This document shows, piece by piece, positions 13,187 to 25,560 of a stretch of DNA of 64,000 nucleotides (position 1 is its first letter; each line of letters opens with the position of its first letter). The stretch is from contig NC_135883.1 of assembly GCF_964194155.1 (NCBI RefSeq), forward strand, positions 136,648,001-136,712,000. Reading direction: 5' to 3'. Made by a program: the position numbers and the translations under genes. Origin of the DNA: Cetorhinus maximus (taxonomy: Eukaryota). A model generated the notes under the pieces. The model did no database searches. It was given only the letters and a program-made list of their open reading frames with translations, and was not told where the DNA came from.

Positions 13187-13774
13187 CTTTAATAGCCTCT
13201 TTAAACTGAATCAAACTGTGAACTCAGAACCCCCTGCTGAGATAATTGTAGATTTGAAATTCATGACATAATAATAACCCTTGGGGAAATGTCAACAAAG
13301 AACTCTACTGAAACTGCACAACCAGATGTAATTTTTTTTCTAACCTACACCATATGGCCTATCAATCAAAGTGGCCCAGCAGAGTTTAAAAAATTTTCAC
13401 TGACAGCTGCAGCCTGTTTTCTTCACGTTTATAGAGTGGGGTTTTAAGAAGACTTCAGACCATGACACTTAAACAGGCCTTATCCACTCTTCAAGAGTGT
13501 TTATGTCCACTCCATCAATTGGTCCCTCCAACACTGGCTTAAGGCCCATGCAATAGCAAAAACGGGGTCTGTTTGAACTCAGCACTAAGTTCAAATGGCC
13601 CTGCTAAATTTTGGTTTTCCTCCTGTGTGAGTCATGACCTTCCCTGCCATCAAAAATTGGATCTGTCGGAAATGTGGGTGGGACCTCCACATCTGGGTCC
13701 TGCCAGTATTTCTAAAGGTCCATGGAATCTGGCGCACTCCACAAAATTCCAGCTAGTAGACCCTAGTAATTTGC

Positions 13775-14090
13775 TGACAGCAGATATCAGGCTTACTGGT
13801 CTATAATTCCCTCTCACCTTTTTTAAATAGGAGAGTGACATATGTAATTTTCCAATCTAAAGGAATGGTTCCTGAATTGAGGGAACTTTGGAAGTTTATG
13901 GCTCAGGCATCTGCCATGTTCTTGCCTACTTCCTTTACATCCAGGGATTGAAACCATCTGGTCCTGGGGATTCATCATTCTTTAATGCCGTTATTTACTT
14001 AATTACTATTATTTTCCTATGCTACTTTTGATCAGTCCCTGTCCATGATTTAATCTTAGTTTCCTTGGGGTTTCTGGCATGCTGACCCAT
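13775..14090 (-). mobile_element. Old CR1 fragment (pre-RT region)
   Basis: Antisense ...KKVRGNYRPVSLIS.VSKLL motif. Confidence 0.65.
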
Positions 14091-14904
14091 TCCTGATGCA
14101 ACATGTCTGCTATTGCTTTATTTTCATTGACCCTGTGAATCAATGCCTCAATGACTGCAATAATATTAGCTGGTCAAGCAGTGGGAGCTTATCAGTGCAG
14201 CTCATTTGTTTGAGTTGGGGGGGTCACAAAGCCTTGGGTTTTGCCAAACTAAACCTAAGTTTTCTGAATTTAGATAATTGGAGGTGTCCCTACAAACAGA
14301 AACTCTGCACTTGTGGATTCCTTTGTTGGGCATGATGTAAGATTTCTGTAGGTGTTGGGCACTTGGCTTACCAAAACAAAATTCACATTGGAACATGAGC
14401 ATTGACGATGCACAGACAGCTCAGGTAACCTCAATAGATCTCAACTGATGGCCAAATGCATGCCCTTCTCAAGAGAAGGTTACTTGATCAAATAAATTGG
14501 GTGGGACACCTAATTTTGATTTATTTCCCCCTTGGTAATTAAGGGTACCTAAGGCCAATTGTAATGTCCAATTGCTATTTCAGTTGAGATCTGTGAACTC
14601 ACCACAGAACTGGGAGGAATCCGGGATGTCTCCCTGGTCTCTGTGACTCAGTGCCACACAACTACAGTGCTTTTGTTCTGAACTATTGAATCTCACCTGG
14701 GCCCTACTTCTTTGGCATGGATATAACCAAACAGAATGCCAGCCTGCCCCATACTAGCAGCTGCATACCAGTTCCTGCCAGGATACCTCTGTGGTGCCCA
14801 CCCAGCACCACTGGCTAGAATGTCAGAAAGACCCCAATGAAAAATATACTCAGGAAACAGTTACTTTTCCCTCATAAAGGTCTGGAGCTTCTTAAGGCCC
14901 TCAG

Positions 14905-15485
14905 GGGCACTAATGATTTGAGATGAAGAACTGACTGTATTGCAGCCACATTTGCAAATGATACAAAGGTAGGCAGAGAAGCATGTTGTGAGGAGGATAC
15001 AAGGTTCACTAGGTTGTTTCCAGGGAGGAAGCGGTTGTCTTTATGAGGAAAGGTTGAGCAGGCTGAGCTTATATCCACTGGAGCTTAGAAGATGAGAGGT
15101 GACCTTATTGAAACATAAGATTCTGAGAGGGCTTGACAGGGTAGATGCTGAGAGGATGCTTCCTTTCGTGGGTATATCTAGAACTAGGGGCACAATATAA
15201 AGATAAGGGGTCTCCTCTTTGAAACAGAGATGAGAAGGGATTTCTTCTCTCAAAGGGCCGTAAGTCTTTTGAATTCACTTCCCCAGAGAGCAGTTGAGGT
15301 TGGGTCATCAAATATATTCAAGGCTGATTTCGACAGATTTTTGATTGACAAGGGAGTCAAGGGTTATGGAGGCAGGCAAGAAAGTGCAGTTAAGGTCACA
15401 ATCAGATTAACCATGATCTTATTGGATGGCGGAGCAGGCTCAATGGGCCGAATGGTCTGCTCCTATCTCTTACGATCTTATGTTC
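14905..15485 (+). mobile_element. CR1 LINE 3' fragment with internal deletion
   Basis: FAND(FADD)-like segment joined to the ORF2 C-terminus and the GAATGGTCTGCTCC...TCTTATGTTCT tail. Confidence 0.85.
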
Positions 15486-17251
15486 TAATGCCAGTTCTCA
15501 GTTGAAAACAGTTTTGAAGGGAGAGAAAGGAATCAGCAGTAACACTAGACAAAATTTTTCTGTCCCACCAGTAGTAGGAATCCTTGACAGGAGAGGCAAA
15601 TTAACTTGGTGGGAGGCAAAAATCAGTTTCTTGACAGCGAGATGAAATGTTGGAATTCTCTTCTCCCAACTTTCAAAGTAGGTTAAAGGTATGTCAAGCT
15701 TTCCGATGAACAACGTTGGGAACCCCATTTGCATTCATTAGCATCTCATGCATGGTCATTAAAGGGTCACCTTGCAGAATTAAGTGTACCCTCCAAATTA
15801 AGTTCCCTGGCAGCAGGAAATTAGAATGTTCAGTTTTACGACTGTATATAAGAGGTGAGCACCTGCCAAGCTTCACTTCTTCCATGACTTTTGAAGTCAG
15901 TAGATGCTGCATTCACCTTTCTGGGGCCCGCTGATAACTTCATTCATATCGGGTGCCAATAACTCAAGATTGCGCCAAGGCTGAGCACAGGAGGCAGGAC
16001 TAGCGGAGAAGGGCGAGACGGAGGCAGGATTTGGCAGGGTAGGACCAGCAGGGAAGGGAGGGAGACTGTCTGTGGGAGGAAACCAGATTGTTTGGGGCAT
16101 GTTTGAGTGCTCAGCATGGCATGCATGCCTTGGTCCTGTTTTTGAACTGGGGAATGCCTCTCTGGTCATTGATGGTCTGAGAGAAATGTGTCGAAAGGGC
16201 GTGGTCCATTAGTTATTGCATTTGGTCCTGGGGGTTGGAAGGATGATACTGAGACTCATAGGGCACAGTCACGGTCAGAGGAGGCAATTGGATCTAGTAC
16301 AGTGGAAGTTTAATTCTCATGTGGGGGTGGTGGTCGTGAATGATCTCACGGGGTGGTGGGGGTGCTCTCTGAACGTGAGGCTGCAGCTGGCCTTGAGAAC
16401 ATGAGGGCTCAGGGTCAGGAGGGGTATGGGTAGGTCAACATTGAAGGGAATATCTACATATAATCTCCATGTAATAATCGGGTCAAGGGGAACGGGCGGA
16501 GGCTGAATGGTGACAGGGGGGAGGGGAGTAAAGAGGTAGTGACTGTCGGGGAGGATGGAGGAACTTCGGTGACAGGAGGAGGTCAAAAGTGCTGGAAGCG
16601 CTCACAAGTAGTAGTCACACCATCTTCAAGTCTTGAAAGTTATGGCGCTGTTCTAAAAAACTATTGAAAAAAACCAAATGGGAAGGGCTCAAAGTGGGTG
16701 GGAGGAGTTAATGACTCCTCTTTTAGCCTGAGAGAAGGGGCACTCATTTATTATTTGCTCAAGTCATGGAGAACCAACCTCAGCTGAGTACTGCTCTCAA
16801 GGTTCAAATTGCTCCATGACTGATGGGTTGTCTTCCTGCAAGAATCCATTGAGGTTTGGGGCTGACATTGAGTATGTGTGATTGGCCATCTTCTCCTGTC
16901 AGAGGCAGGAAAGAAGGGGTGGAGGTAAATTCCTCCAAGGGACCTAGCTGCTGAGTAGCAGCTCGATGCACACTCCAAACCTTCTTACTCCCTGCTAAAT
17001 GGTCATGGCTGACAAGGGATCATGCCGAGTATCCTTCCATCACACCAAGGCTATGTATCTCCATACACTGTATAGGGTCATGGAGGCAAGCTGAAAATTG
17101 CCTAATGGAGGATTCTTGTACATGGCTGTCATCGCCCAGTCAATGTGCAGTGTTTCCATGCGCAATCTTGTATGAAGTGGAGGAGCACAAATCTGTGGTT
17201 CTCCATGATGTCCTTCAACTGGAAGGGATGAGGTGGAGATGCCATGTCTAG

Positions 17252-17812
17252 TGTCATGACCAGTCCCTGGGTGAGGTCCCCCAATTTGTTATGATCCCGG
17301 GTAAGATGCCCCAAATTATTAACTTCCTGAATGGCAATTTTGTTATGCTCCCAGGTGAGGAGGAATGAGTTGTCTCCTCTTCTTTATTCAACCCCCTCGG
17401 TTAGTCGTAACAAGGTTAATTTAGAAAGGATCCTTTCCCTTGTGACCCTTTTCCCAGTCCAAATGTATTTATGTTTTAGAAGGAACCAATGTAACCATGC
17501 TTTCTTGAGTCAAAGAAAAAGTAAGTTTATTAGTTAGTAAAAAGCTGAGAAAAAATAATAAAAATGCAACAGCCTTACACACAGATCAGAAATGAGAGGT
17601 TGAGTCGAAAAATAAAAGTTAAAAGAAGATATGCGAATCAGTCTTTGGCTTTCCATGAAGAGTAGGTGGCGAAACATTGCGGCCATTAAGTTGGGTGATT
17701 CCAGTGGTGCTGACTTTGGCAGTTGAGCAGTGGCTTGGAGAAATTTGGTTCTGCAGGTTAGCTGAAGGAGTTGTCCTGTTTCCTTTTTGACTTGCATCTA
17801 GCAACAGAGGGG

Positions 17813-17843
<31 letters not shown>

Positions 17844-18410
17844 TGAGTGAGGGAGAGACTTTTACCTGCAAGCTGCAGGATATGCCTAGTTGATTTTTTT
17901 CCACTCTGATCCTCACAGCCCACACTAGCACACCAGAACTAGAATACATAGACCAGGTCAGCAGCTGGCTTTTTAACCCATTCCATTGTGTATTCCTGGA
18001 AGGGAAAAAGCAAACATGTCTTTCACCCAGAAATTGCTTTCTTTCAACTTAGGCCATTTCTACATTCTGAGATACAACTCAATTGGAGATGGTTACTGCT
18101 GAGATGTAGTAATCAGTCTCCATTGTCTCTGCAGTCAAAGGACAGTAAAGTTTGGTCTTTTGCATTGCATTTCTTCCTTTCAGTGTCTCTGTCTGAAGTA
18201 AGCTTTGGCACCTTTTTTAGGTGCGACATTCCATGTTTTCTCTGAACAAGTCAGTCAAGTATAATCCACATAGGAATTTTCCAGAAAGTAGTTACTTTAC
18301 ATTCTCAGCCGGCTTTTGTTTGTATGTCTTCTTTGAAAAAAATACATATTTTCCTTTAAAAAGTTCAATATACCTGTAAGTCATTCGGGCTGTGATCCAC
18401 TGTCATGACA
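17252..18410. mobile_element. Solo LTR (Gypsy-like)
   Basis: Starts TGTCATGAC and ends GTCATGACA (TG...CA inverted termini); 4-bp flanks CTAG/CTGG; interrupts sequence that is contiguous in the related copy (reverse complement of 27660-27685 GATGCCATGTCTAGGTAGAGGCCAG). Confidence 0.75.
17810..17841. repeat. (GA)n microsatellite inside the solo LTR
   Basis: GAGAGAGAGAGAGAGAGAGAG run. Confidence 0.9.
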
Positions 18411-18505
18411 CTGGACAGAGGCCAGACCAAGGGCTTAGCACTGACCTGCTGGCTTGGAGATGGATATGCTCACTAAATGTATCAATCAATTCAATTCATT
18501 CACAG

Positions 18506-19795
18506 GTCAAAAGAGGCATCGAGGATTCAGGCTGCAGGCAACTCTGGAAAAACTCAACAGCATTTTCTGTTTTCACTTCAGATTTCCAGCATCCACAGTA
18601 TTTTGCTTTTATGCCTTGGTTCCGGCTCTCATACAAATGAGGGGGAGAAGGGCCCAGCGTAGATTGGCACAGGGCCAGGAGGAGCAGCGCACTGAGCAGC
18701 AAGAAGGAGCAGGGCCCCAAGAATTTCAAGGTACTCCCGAAGAGGGGAAAATGCAACGGTGAAACCTGGCCTGGCCACGGGTATATAGCAGGTGGTGCTC
18801 ATATATGGAAATGTGCAAAAGGAAATGCCTTCACTTGCAGGCACTGCAGGTGCCTTCACTTGTCCAGGGATGTGGTAGATCACATTTGCCAGCTTCGATA
18901 GGATGAGCTTTGGTCACAAGGATTTGGAGGGCATCCCATGCGAGTGGCATTGAAGGCTACTGCCGCATTGAACTTTTTTGCTTGCAGTTCCTTCCTTGGG
19001 GACCTGTGTGACATCTCCACATCGGCAACACAGAAATGCATGTGGGAGGCCACAGATACTCTGTTTGCTAGAGCTCACCAGTATGTCCAATTCCACATGG
19101 ATGCCGAAAGCCAGGCTGCCAGAGCTGTGGTATTTGCAGTGACATCTGGTTTCCCACAACTGCATGGTGCAATCAACAACACACATGTGGCCTTGAGAGC
19201 TTCCTGGCAGCAGCCTGTGAGATTCATCAATCTTTGAATATCCAGCTAATTTGTGATCACAGAAGGCAAATCTGGCATGTTTGCACTTGGTATCCAGAAA
19301 ACTCTCACAACTCTTACATTTTGAGCCTCTCACAGGTGCCACAGGTTTTTGAAGGACCTCGTCGATTACAGGGCTGGCTCCTCAGGGAAAAGGGATACTT
19401 CCAGAATACATGGCTGATGACACCAGTTCACCATTCACAGAGTGCTGCTGAGGAGAGGTACAATGCTGCACATGCATCACTAAGTCCCTGACTGAGCAGA
19501 TGATAGGCCTCGTAAAGATGAGGTAAAGATGTTTGCATTGCTCAGGCGGGGATCTCCAATACTCATCACAGAGAGTGTCCCGGATCATGGTTGTCTGTTG
19601 CACCTTGCACAACTAGCACTGCAAAGAATAAATGTCTTGCCTGAGGGAGGCATGGAGGAGCAAGATGTCCCCTCCAATGAGGAGGATGTTGAAGGGGGTG
19701 GCGCTGACAAGGGCCAGGATGTTGCCGAGCTATATGAACAGGCCTTAGCAAGTCAATGATGTGGCAGACGTTCCTGTGACAATCTGATAGCTGCC
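18506..19795 (+). pseudogene. Harbinger (HARBI1-type) DDE transposase, decayed
   Basis: VALKATAALNFFA...GDLCDIS...SGFPQLHGAINNTHVAL...NIQLICDH..I.HV...YP..SHNSYIL...GWLL.EKGY...WLMTP...EERYNAAHAS; stops, frameshifts and mutated catalytic Asp residues. Confidence 0.9.
18546..18611. mobile_element. Penelope pLTR mini-fragment inserted in the transposase 5' exon
   Basis: GGAAAAACTCAACAG + CATTTTCTGTTTTCACTTCAGATTTCCAGCATCCACAGTATTTTGCTTTT; absent from the homologous copy at ~27500-27545. Confidence 0.7.
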
Positions 19796-21471
19796 ATACT
19801 CCAGAGAGAGTAAGCTGCTTACACATGTTTTGAACTGTTTGGCTTTTTCACCTTTGCTGGCTGGAAGGCCCCAGCAGCTTTTTTGTCTACAGACATTATT
19901 TCTCTCCTAAGTTCCATGTTTTCTGAGAACTTAATTAAAGAGCACTACCCACTATCTGCCATTACGTTGGTTTGATCATTTGAATGCTCTAAAGCACAGT
20001 TAAATGTGAAGCCCTAGTGAAAAATGGCTACTGAATAGCACTCCCTTCTCCCATGACCTTAGACAACTTTAATTAGAATAATGATTTCATTTATGCCCAC
20101 GCCAAGTCTGTGTGCATGGCAGCTTATCAGCGGATGGACATAATAATTCACCAGGGATGCAATCCTCTTACCCTGACACCTACTTCCAAAGGAGAACCGA
20201 CCACGCAGACCACTCTTTCAGGCATAACCAGATAGATGGGTCAACATGAAGGAGCAGTAGGAGAGCACCATCTGTCCCTTTGGGAGCGCTCCTTACTGCA
20301 GATTGATGAAAGATGATTGTGCTCCTGTCCTTCAATTGCCACTTGCACATCAAATACACATAAGCCTTGACATCTTTATCATGCCGAGAAGTTTTGAGGG
20401 TTCTTTGTCGTGTACTCACTGAGACTGCCTCACCTGGACTATGGGTTGCTGAGATACAATCGTCGAGACCCCTAAAAGTCTCTTTCCTGGATGGCCTTAG
20501 CATTAGTGCAAGAATGATACAGAACCATCATTCTGGACACATCAGTCAAGATCAAAATCTTTCCTTCATGGACCCTGCAGAGGCCTGATAGAGCTGGTGA
20601 TGCATTACATTGATAGCATCACAGTTCTTGAGGCTCATTCCAGATCTCTCCTAATTCACTAAAAGCCCTGTCATTCAATGAATTCCAAATCAATTTGAGT
20701 GCTAAGCCTTTATCCAAAATCTAATTACATCCTTGATAAGGAGGCTAGCAGGACTAGCAACTCCCTGTGTGAGATCTGACAAAGGCTTCAGCTAAATGCA
20801 CACACATCTCTTAAATCCTACACTCAAATCTCCCGTGCAGTCAAGGCTAATGTGCCCGCGGCCTCATTATGTGCTTCATTCAGCTGCACGTTTGCTGAAA
20901 TTGACAAGGGAGGACATTCACGATTGAATGTGCCAAATGCATCTTCCTCGAGGCAGTTAGGGGAACCCCTGGATTTCAAATGTAACGAAGATAGTGTCCG
21001 AGTCTTACCCTGAAACTTCATTTACAATGAACCTTGGCACTCATGTAGCTGATTTAAGTCCCCTTGAGTAATCGTGCCATTCACCCACAACTGACATCAG
21101 GGCAACGGCAGCAGGAGATGCAATCACCTAGATGAACACATTTTCCAAAGTCACAGCATGGTAAGCTGCAAGAAATTGATGACATGAGGAGTGCCAGGCA
21201 GCACACTGACAATTGATGGCCTGTGCTTGATCTTGCACGTGTGGGATAACAGACTAGTCACTCTGGTATTAATGTGGGAGAACTGAATCAATAGAAGCTC
21301 CTGATTGGACTCTGGTGGGAACCAACATTCTAGAACCCTACTGCCTGTGGACATTGCAGCAACTATTAGCAAAATGGAATCCATGAGACCTGTAAACAGT
21401 TAAATTTAACATATATTTGCAATTACCCAAACTATATACAATGAGTGTACACATGTGCCACCTGTGTGCAT

Positions 21472-24400
21472 TTAATACTTCTTAATTTTTCTTACTCTAC
21501 CGCTATGTCTAGGTGCATCCCTGACATCCACAGCAGAGGTGGAGGCAGCCTGCTGACTGCTATACCCTGTTGACTGAGATGACTTTGGCAGATGTCCTCG
21601 ATGACCGGCCCCTGGCCAGCTAAGGGTCCCTTCCTCTGGTACGGATTCACATTCCATGGGCTGACCAGATGGAGGTGAAGGGGCCACTGGCAGAGGGGAA
21701 ATGGAGCAGCAGGGCACCCTTGGAGTGTCTGGGAATGATGCCCACGGGGTGCATGGCTGGCGGTCCTCCACTCTGCAGGTGCCCGTTGGCACCTCCCTGA
21801 TTCCTTGAGGAGAACAGTAACCAGAGGGAGGTCGAGGTGTCCACCCCTCCCCCCTCCCCTCCCCCCTCCCCCCTCCCCCTTCCACACCAAGCCATTGTTG
21901 TACTGCACCCAGGGCAAGAGCGATGGAATGCAAGCCCGAGCGGATATCCAGCAGCCACTGTGTGTTCTGCTGGACCTGGGTCTCCAAGGTGGCCACCACC
22001 CTTTCCATAAGACCATAAGACGTAGGAGCAGAAGTAGGCCATTGGGCCCATCGAGTCTGCTCCGCCATTCAATGAAATAATGGCTGATCTGATAATCCTC
22101 AACTCCATTTTCCTGCCTTTTCCCCATAACCCTTGATTCCCTTACCAATTAAAAATCTATCTCAGCCTTGAATATACTTTCACTTCCCTCATCTAAGTCA
22201 TTAATATATATTGTAAATAATTGAGGCCCCAGCACTGATCCCTGTGGCACTCCACTAGTTATAGGTTGCCATCCTGAAAATGCCCCCCATATCCCAACTC
22301 TCTGTCTTCTATTAGTTGGCCAATCCTCTATTCATGCTAATATAATACCCCCAACACCATGGGCTCTTACCTTATTTTGTAACCTTATGTGCAATACCTT
22401 ATCAAACCCCTTTTGGAAATCCAAGTATATTACATCTACTGATTCCCTTAATCTATCCTGCTTGTTATCTCCTCAAAGAATTCTAATAAATTTGTCAGGC
22501 ATGGTTTCCCCTTCATGAAGCCATGCTAACTCTGCTTGCTTAGATTATGTATTTCTAAATGTTCTGCTATTACATCCTTTATAATAGACTCCAACATTTT
22601 CCCAATGACAGATGTTAAGTTAACTATTTTATAGTTACCTGTTTTTTGTCTCCCTCCCTTTTTGAATAAGGGTGTTACACTGGCCATTCTCTAATCCTCT
22701 GGGACTTTTCCAGAATCTAAGGATTCTTGGAAGATTACGACCAGTACATCCACTATCTCTTTAACTACTTCCTTTAATATCCTAGGATGCAACCCATTAG
22801 GTCCAGGGGAGTTATTGGCCTTTAGCCCCATTAGTTTCCCTGGTACTTTTTCCCTAGTGATAGTTATTGTATTTATTCCTTTTGCCCCTTGATTATTTAG
22901 TATTTTTGGAATGCTATTAGTGTCTTCTACTGGGAATACTAAAGCAAAGCATTTATTCAACTCCTCTGCCATTTCCTGGTTCCCCATTATTATTTCCCCA
23001 GCCTCATTCTCCGAGGGCCCTATGTTCACTTTGGCCTCTCTCTTCCATTTTATATATTTAAAGAAGCTCTTACTGTCCATTTTTATATTACTTGCTAGTT
23101 TATCCTCAAAATTTATTTTCTCCCTCTTTATTGTCATCTTTTAGTTGGCTTTTAAAACTTTCCCAATCCTCTGGCTTACCACTAATCTTTGCCACAATGT
23201 ATGTTTTTTCTTTTAATTTGATACTGTTCTTAGCTTCCTTGGTTAACCATGGTTGGTTTATCCCCTTCCTTGAATCCTTCTTCCTCGCTGAGATACATCT
23301 TTGTTGTGAGTCATGAACTATTTTCTTAAACTTCTGCCATTGTTCATCAACCGCCTTTTCTGCTAAACTCCTTTTCCAGTCCACCCTAGCCAACTCTGCC
23401 CTCATTCCATTGTAATTGCCCTTATTTCAGTTTAACATGGTTGTTTCCGACCCAAGTTTCTCATTCTCAAACTGAATGCTAAATTCTATCATATTACCGT
23501 CACTGTTTCCTAGGGGATCCTTTACTCTGAGATCATTTATTAAACCTGCCAGCCAAGCACTCGCCTGCCAAAGCAGAATGTGGACGGACTCCTCCAGCCT
23601 TTGGTCCAGTCTGTGGATGACCTCTGATAGCTCTGCCTGATGTTCCCTTGCCTGGCTCTGCATCGTCATCAGGTCCCTGAGGGAGATGCAGAGCCTCCTC
23701 TGAGGATATGGAGGCTTCCACTTCGGAGGTGGGCTTGTGACTGGGGCTGCAGCATGTCCTGGTTGATGTCCTCCCCCATTTCTTGCTGGTACATGGAATA
23801 GCGGCAAGAGAGATTTAACGATTGGCTAAGCAGGCTTGTAAGTTAAAGATCAATCACAGTGAGAGGGTGCAAATGAGAACTCCAGACTGGATGCACCCTC
23901 ACTGCATTCCTTGGGGTGCCCTTCCACACAGGCACAGTCATGCTTCTCCCCGCCTATCTCTGTGGCTTGTTCCTTGAAGGTGGTCAGCAGGCGGATGTTG
24001 GCTGTACCTCCTCCGGCCGTGGCCCACTCACACTTGTTATAGGTGTTCTTGTCCTGCAGAAAGACAGAATGATTGATTGTGATCCCAATGGGTGAATGAG
24101 CAGTTCAGAGCATGCATGCCTAGTATCACAGCTGAGCCCTCTCCAGTAAGTGATTAAGAAGCTGTTTGTCCTGCAACTAATATGAAATTGACAGCTTAAG
24201 GCGGCTGGCACACATTCAGTGCTGATGTCCCATCTGCTGGTAGTGTGTGACATCCCTGTGCACTCTAATCCTTAGCCTGCCTGATGAGAGTATCAGTTTG
24301 CAGCGAGGAGATGATGTACTTACCCTGGCAGAGCACAGCAGATCATTCACCCTTTTTCTGCACTGCAGCCTGGTACTTTTTTGGAACCCATGGCAAACTC

Positions 24401-24520
24401 CTTCCAAGCCACTGTAGTCAGACAGTGGGGGGGCCCCTGCTTCCATCCCGGACTGCCTTTCCTGGAAGGCCTGCAGGAGAATCTCCAGGGAGGCATCACT
24501 AAAACCGTGGGGCCACTGGT
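21472..24520 (-). pseudogene. Three-exon Harbinger Myb/SANT-like gene, decayed and interrupted by CR1
   Basis: Exon 1 ..APRFSDASLEILLQA...QCRKRVNDLLCSAR|gtaagt (~24520-24325); exon 2 cag|DKNTYNK.E...GGG (~24053-23902); exon 3 ...MERVVATLETQVQQ...SGRVRKIKKY* ending at 21472. Confidence 0.75.
22006..23552 (-). mobile_element. CR1 LINE fragment (APE end, linker, partial RT, deleted 3' part plus tail)
   Basis: KSFFKYIK.KR...GP..NEAGEII...MAEELN..FA.VF...SPGP.GLHPRILKEV motifs; CATAAGACCATAAGA tail. Confidence 0.92.
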
Positions 24521-24950
24521 TGCTTATGAATGGGAGAGATCCTTGACGAGCTACCTTGAGCTCCTGACCTGCATTGAGTGAATGGCTGTCTGGGTGCCTT
24601 TTAAGTATGGTGCCCAGGCCTTCGACCTAATGAGGTAATGGCGGGCTGGTGACTTTCTGCCCTCCCTGTCCCACGCTCCTTGCAGATGCATAAATAATGA
24701 GCTGAACAGTGCAAGATTGCGCGTGTTCAGCTGTCCCGCTACCCAGTGGGGATCACTCTGACATCCATGCCTGCCACCGAACCTAGACTTCAGAGCTTAG
24801 TTCTTCTCCCATTCCCAATGAGTCGGGGAGGGAGAAGAACCAAGACTGAACTGAGTTCACCATAGTCCGTAACTTGCTGCATTATGTCAGGGAGCCCTCT
24901 CCTCCTCCCAACGTTTGCGGCAGTCTTCTGCTGTACAAGTGTTGGAAAGC

Positions 24951-25560
24951 TTTTTTAAATTCATTCCTGGGATGTGAGCGTTGTTGACTTAGGCCAGCAC
25001 TTATTGCCCATTCCTAATTGCCCCTGAGAACGTGATGGTCAGCCGCCTTATTGAATCATTGCAGCCCATGTGGTGTGGGTACACCCACAGTGCTATTAGG
25101 GAGGGAGTTCCAGGATTTTGACCCAGTGATAGTGAAGGAACGGTGATATATTCCCAAGTCAAGATGGTGAGTGACCTAGAGGGGAACTTGCAGGTGGTGG
25201 TGTTTCCAAGCATCTGCTGCCCTTGTCCTTCTAGGTGGTAGAGGTCAAGGGTTTGGAAGATGCTGTTGAAGGAGCCTTGTGGAGTTGCTACAGCGCATCT
25301 TGTAGCTGGTACACACTGCTGCCAATGTGAATCGGTGGTGGAAGGAGTGAATGTTTAAGGTGGTGGATGGGGTGCCAAATCAAGTGGGCTGCTTTGTCCT
25401 GGATGGCGTCCATCTTCTTGAGTGTTGTTGGAGCTGCACTCATCCAGGCAAGTGGAGAGTATTCCATCACACTCCTGAATTGTGCTTTGTAGATGGTGGA
25501 CAGGCTTTGGGGAGTCAGGGGGTGAATTACTCACTGCAGAATTCTCAGCTTCTGACCTGG
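24951..25560 (-). mobile_element. CR1/L2-group LINE 3' fragment
   Basis: MEYSPLAWMSAAPTTLKKMDAIQDKAA and the family tail. Confidence 0.9.

Larger units (their letters stand above)
15547..24790. mobile_element. Fossil autonomous-type PIF/Harbinger transposon with nested insertions
   Basis: 15547-15780 is homologous to the reverse complement of the 37880-38085 terminus; transposase on + (18.5-19.8 kb) converges with the Myb-like gene on - (24.5-21.5 kb); 24560-24790 matches the reverse complement of 9930-10165; treating it as a single element is an inference. Confidence 0.6.

Noticed and set aside
11850-13755. Possible further MITE or right end of the 9907 element (TIR-like AAAATTCCAGCT at ~13743-13754)
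   Set aside because: Could not pair the termini or find a TSD with confidence
18506-19795. Domesticated host HARBI1 gene
   Set aside because: Stops, frameshifts, a Penelope insert and transposon termini indicate a dead transposon copy
21472-22148. Three overlapping minus-strand ORFs of 150-220 aa
   Set aside because: They are chimeras of the CR1 3' tail and the Harbinger Myb-gene last exon
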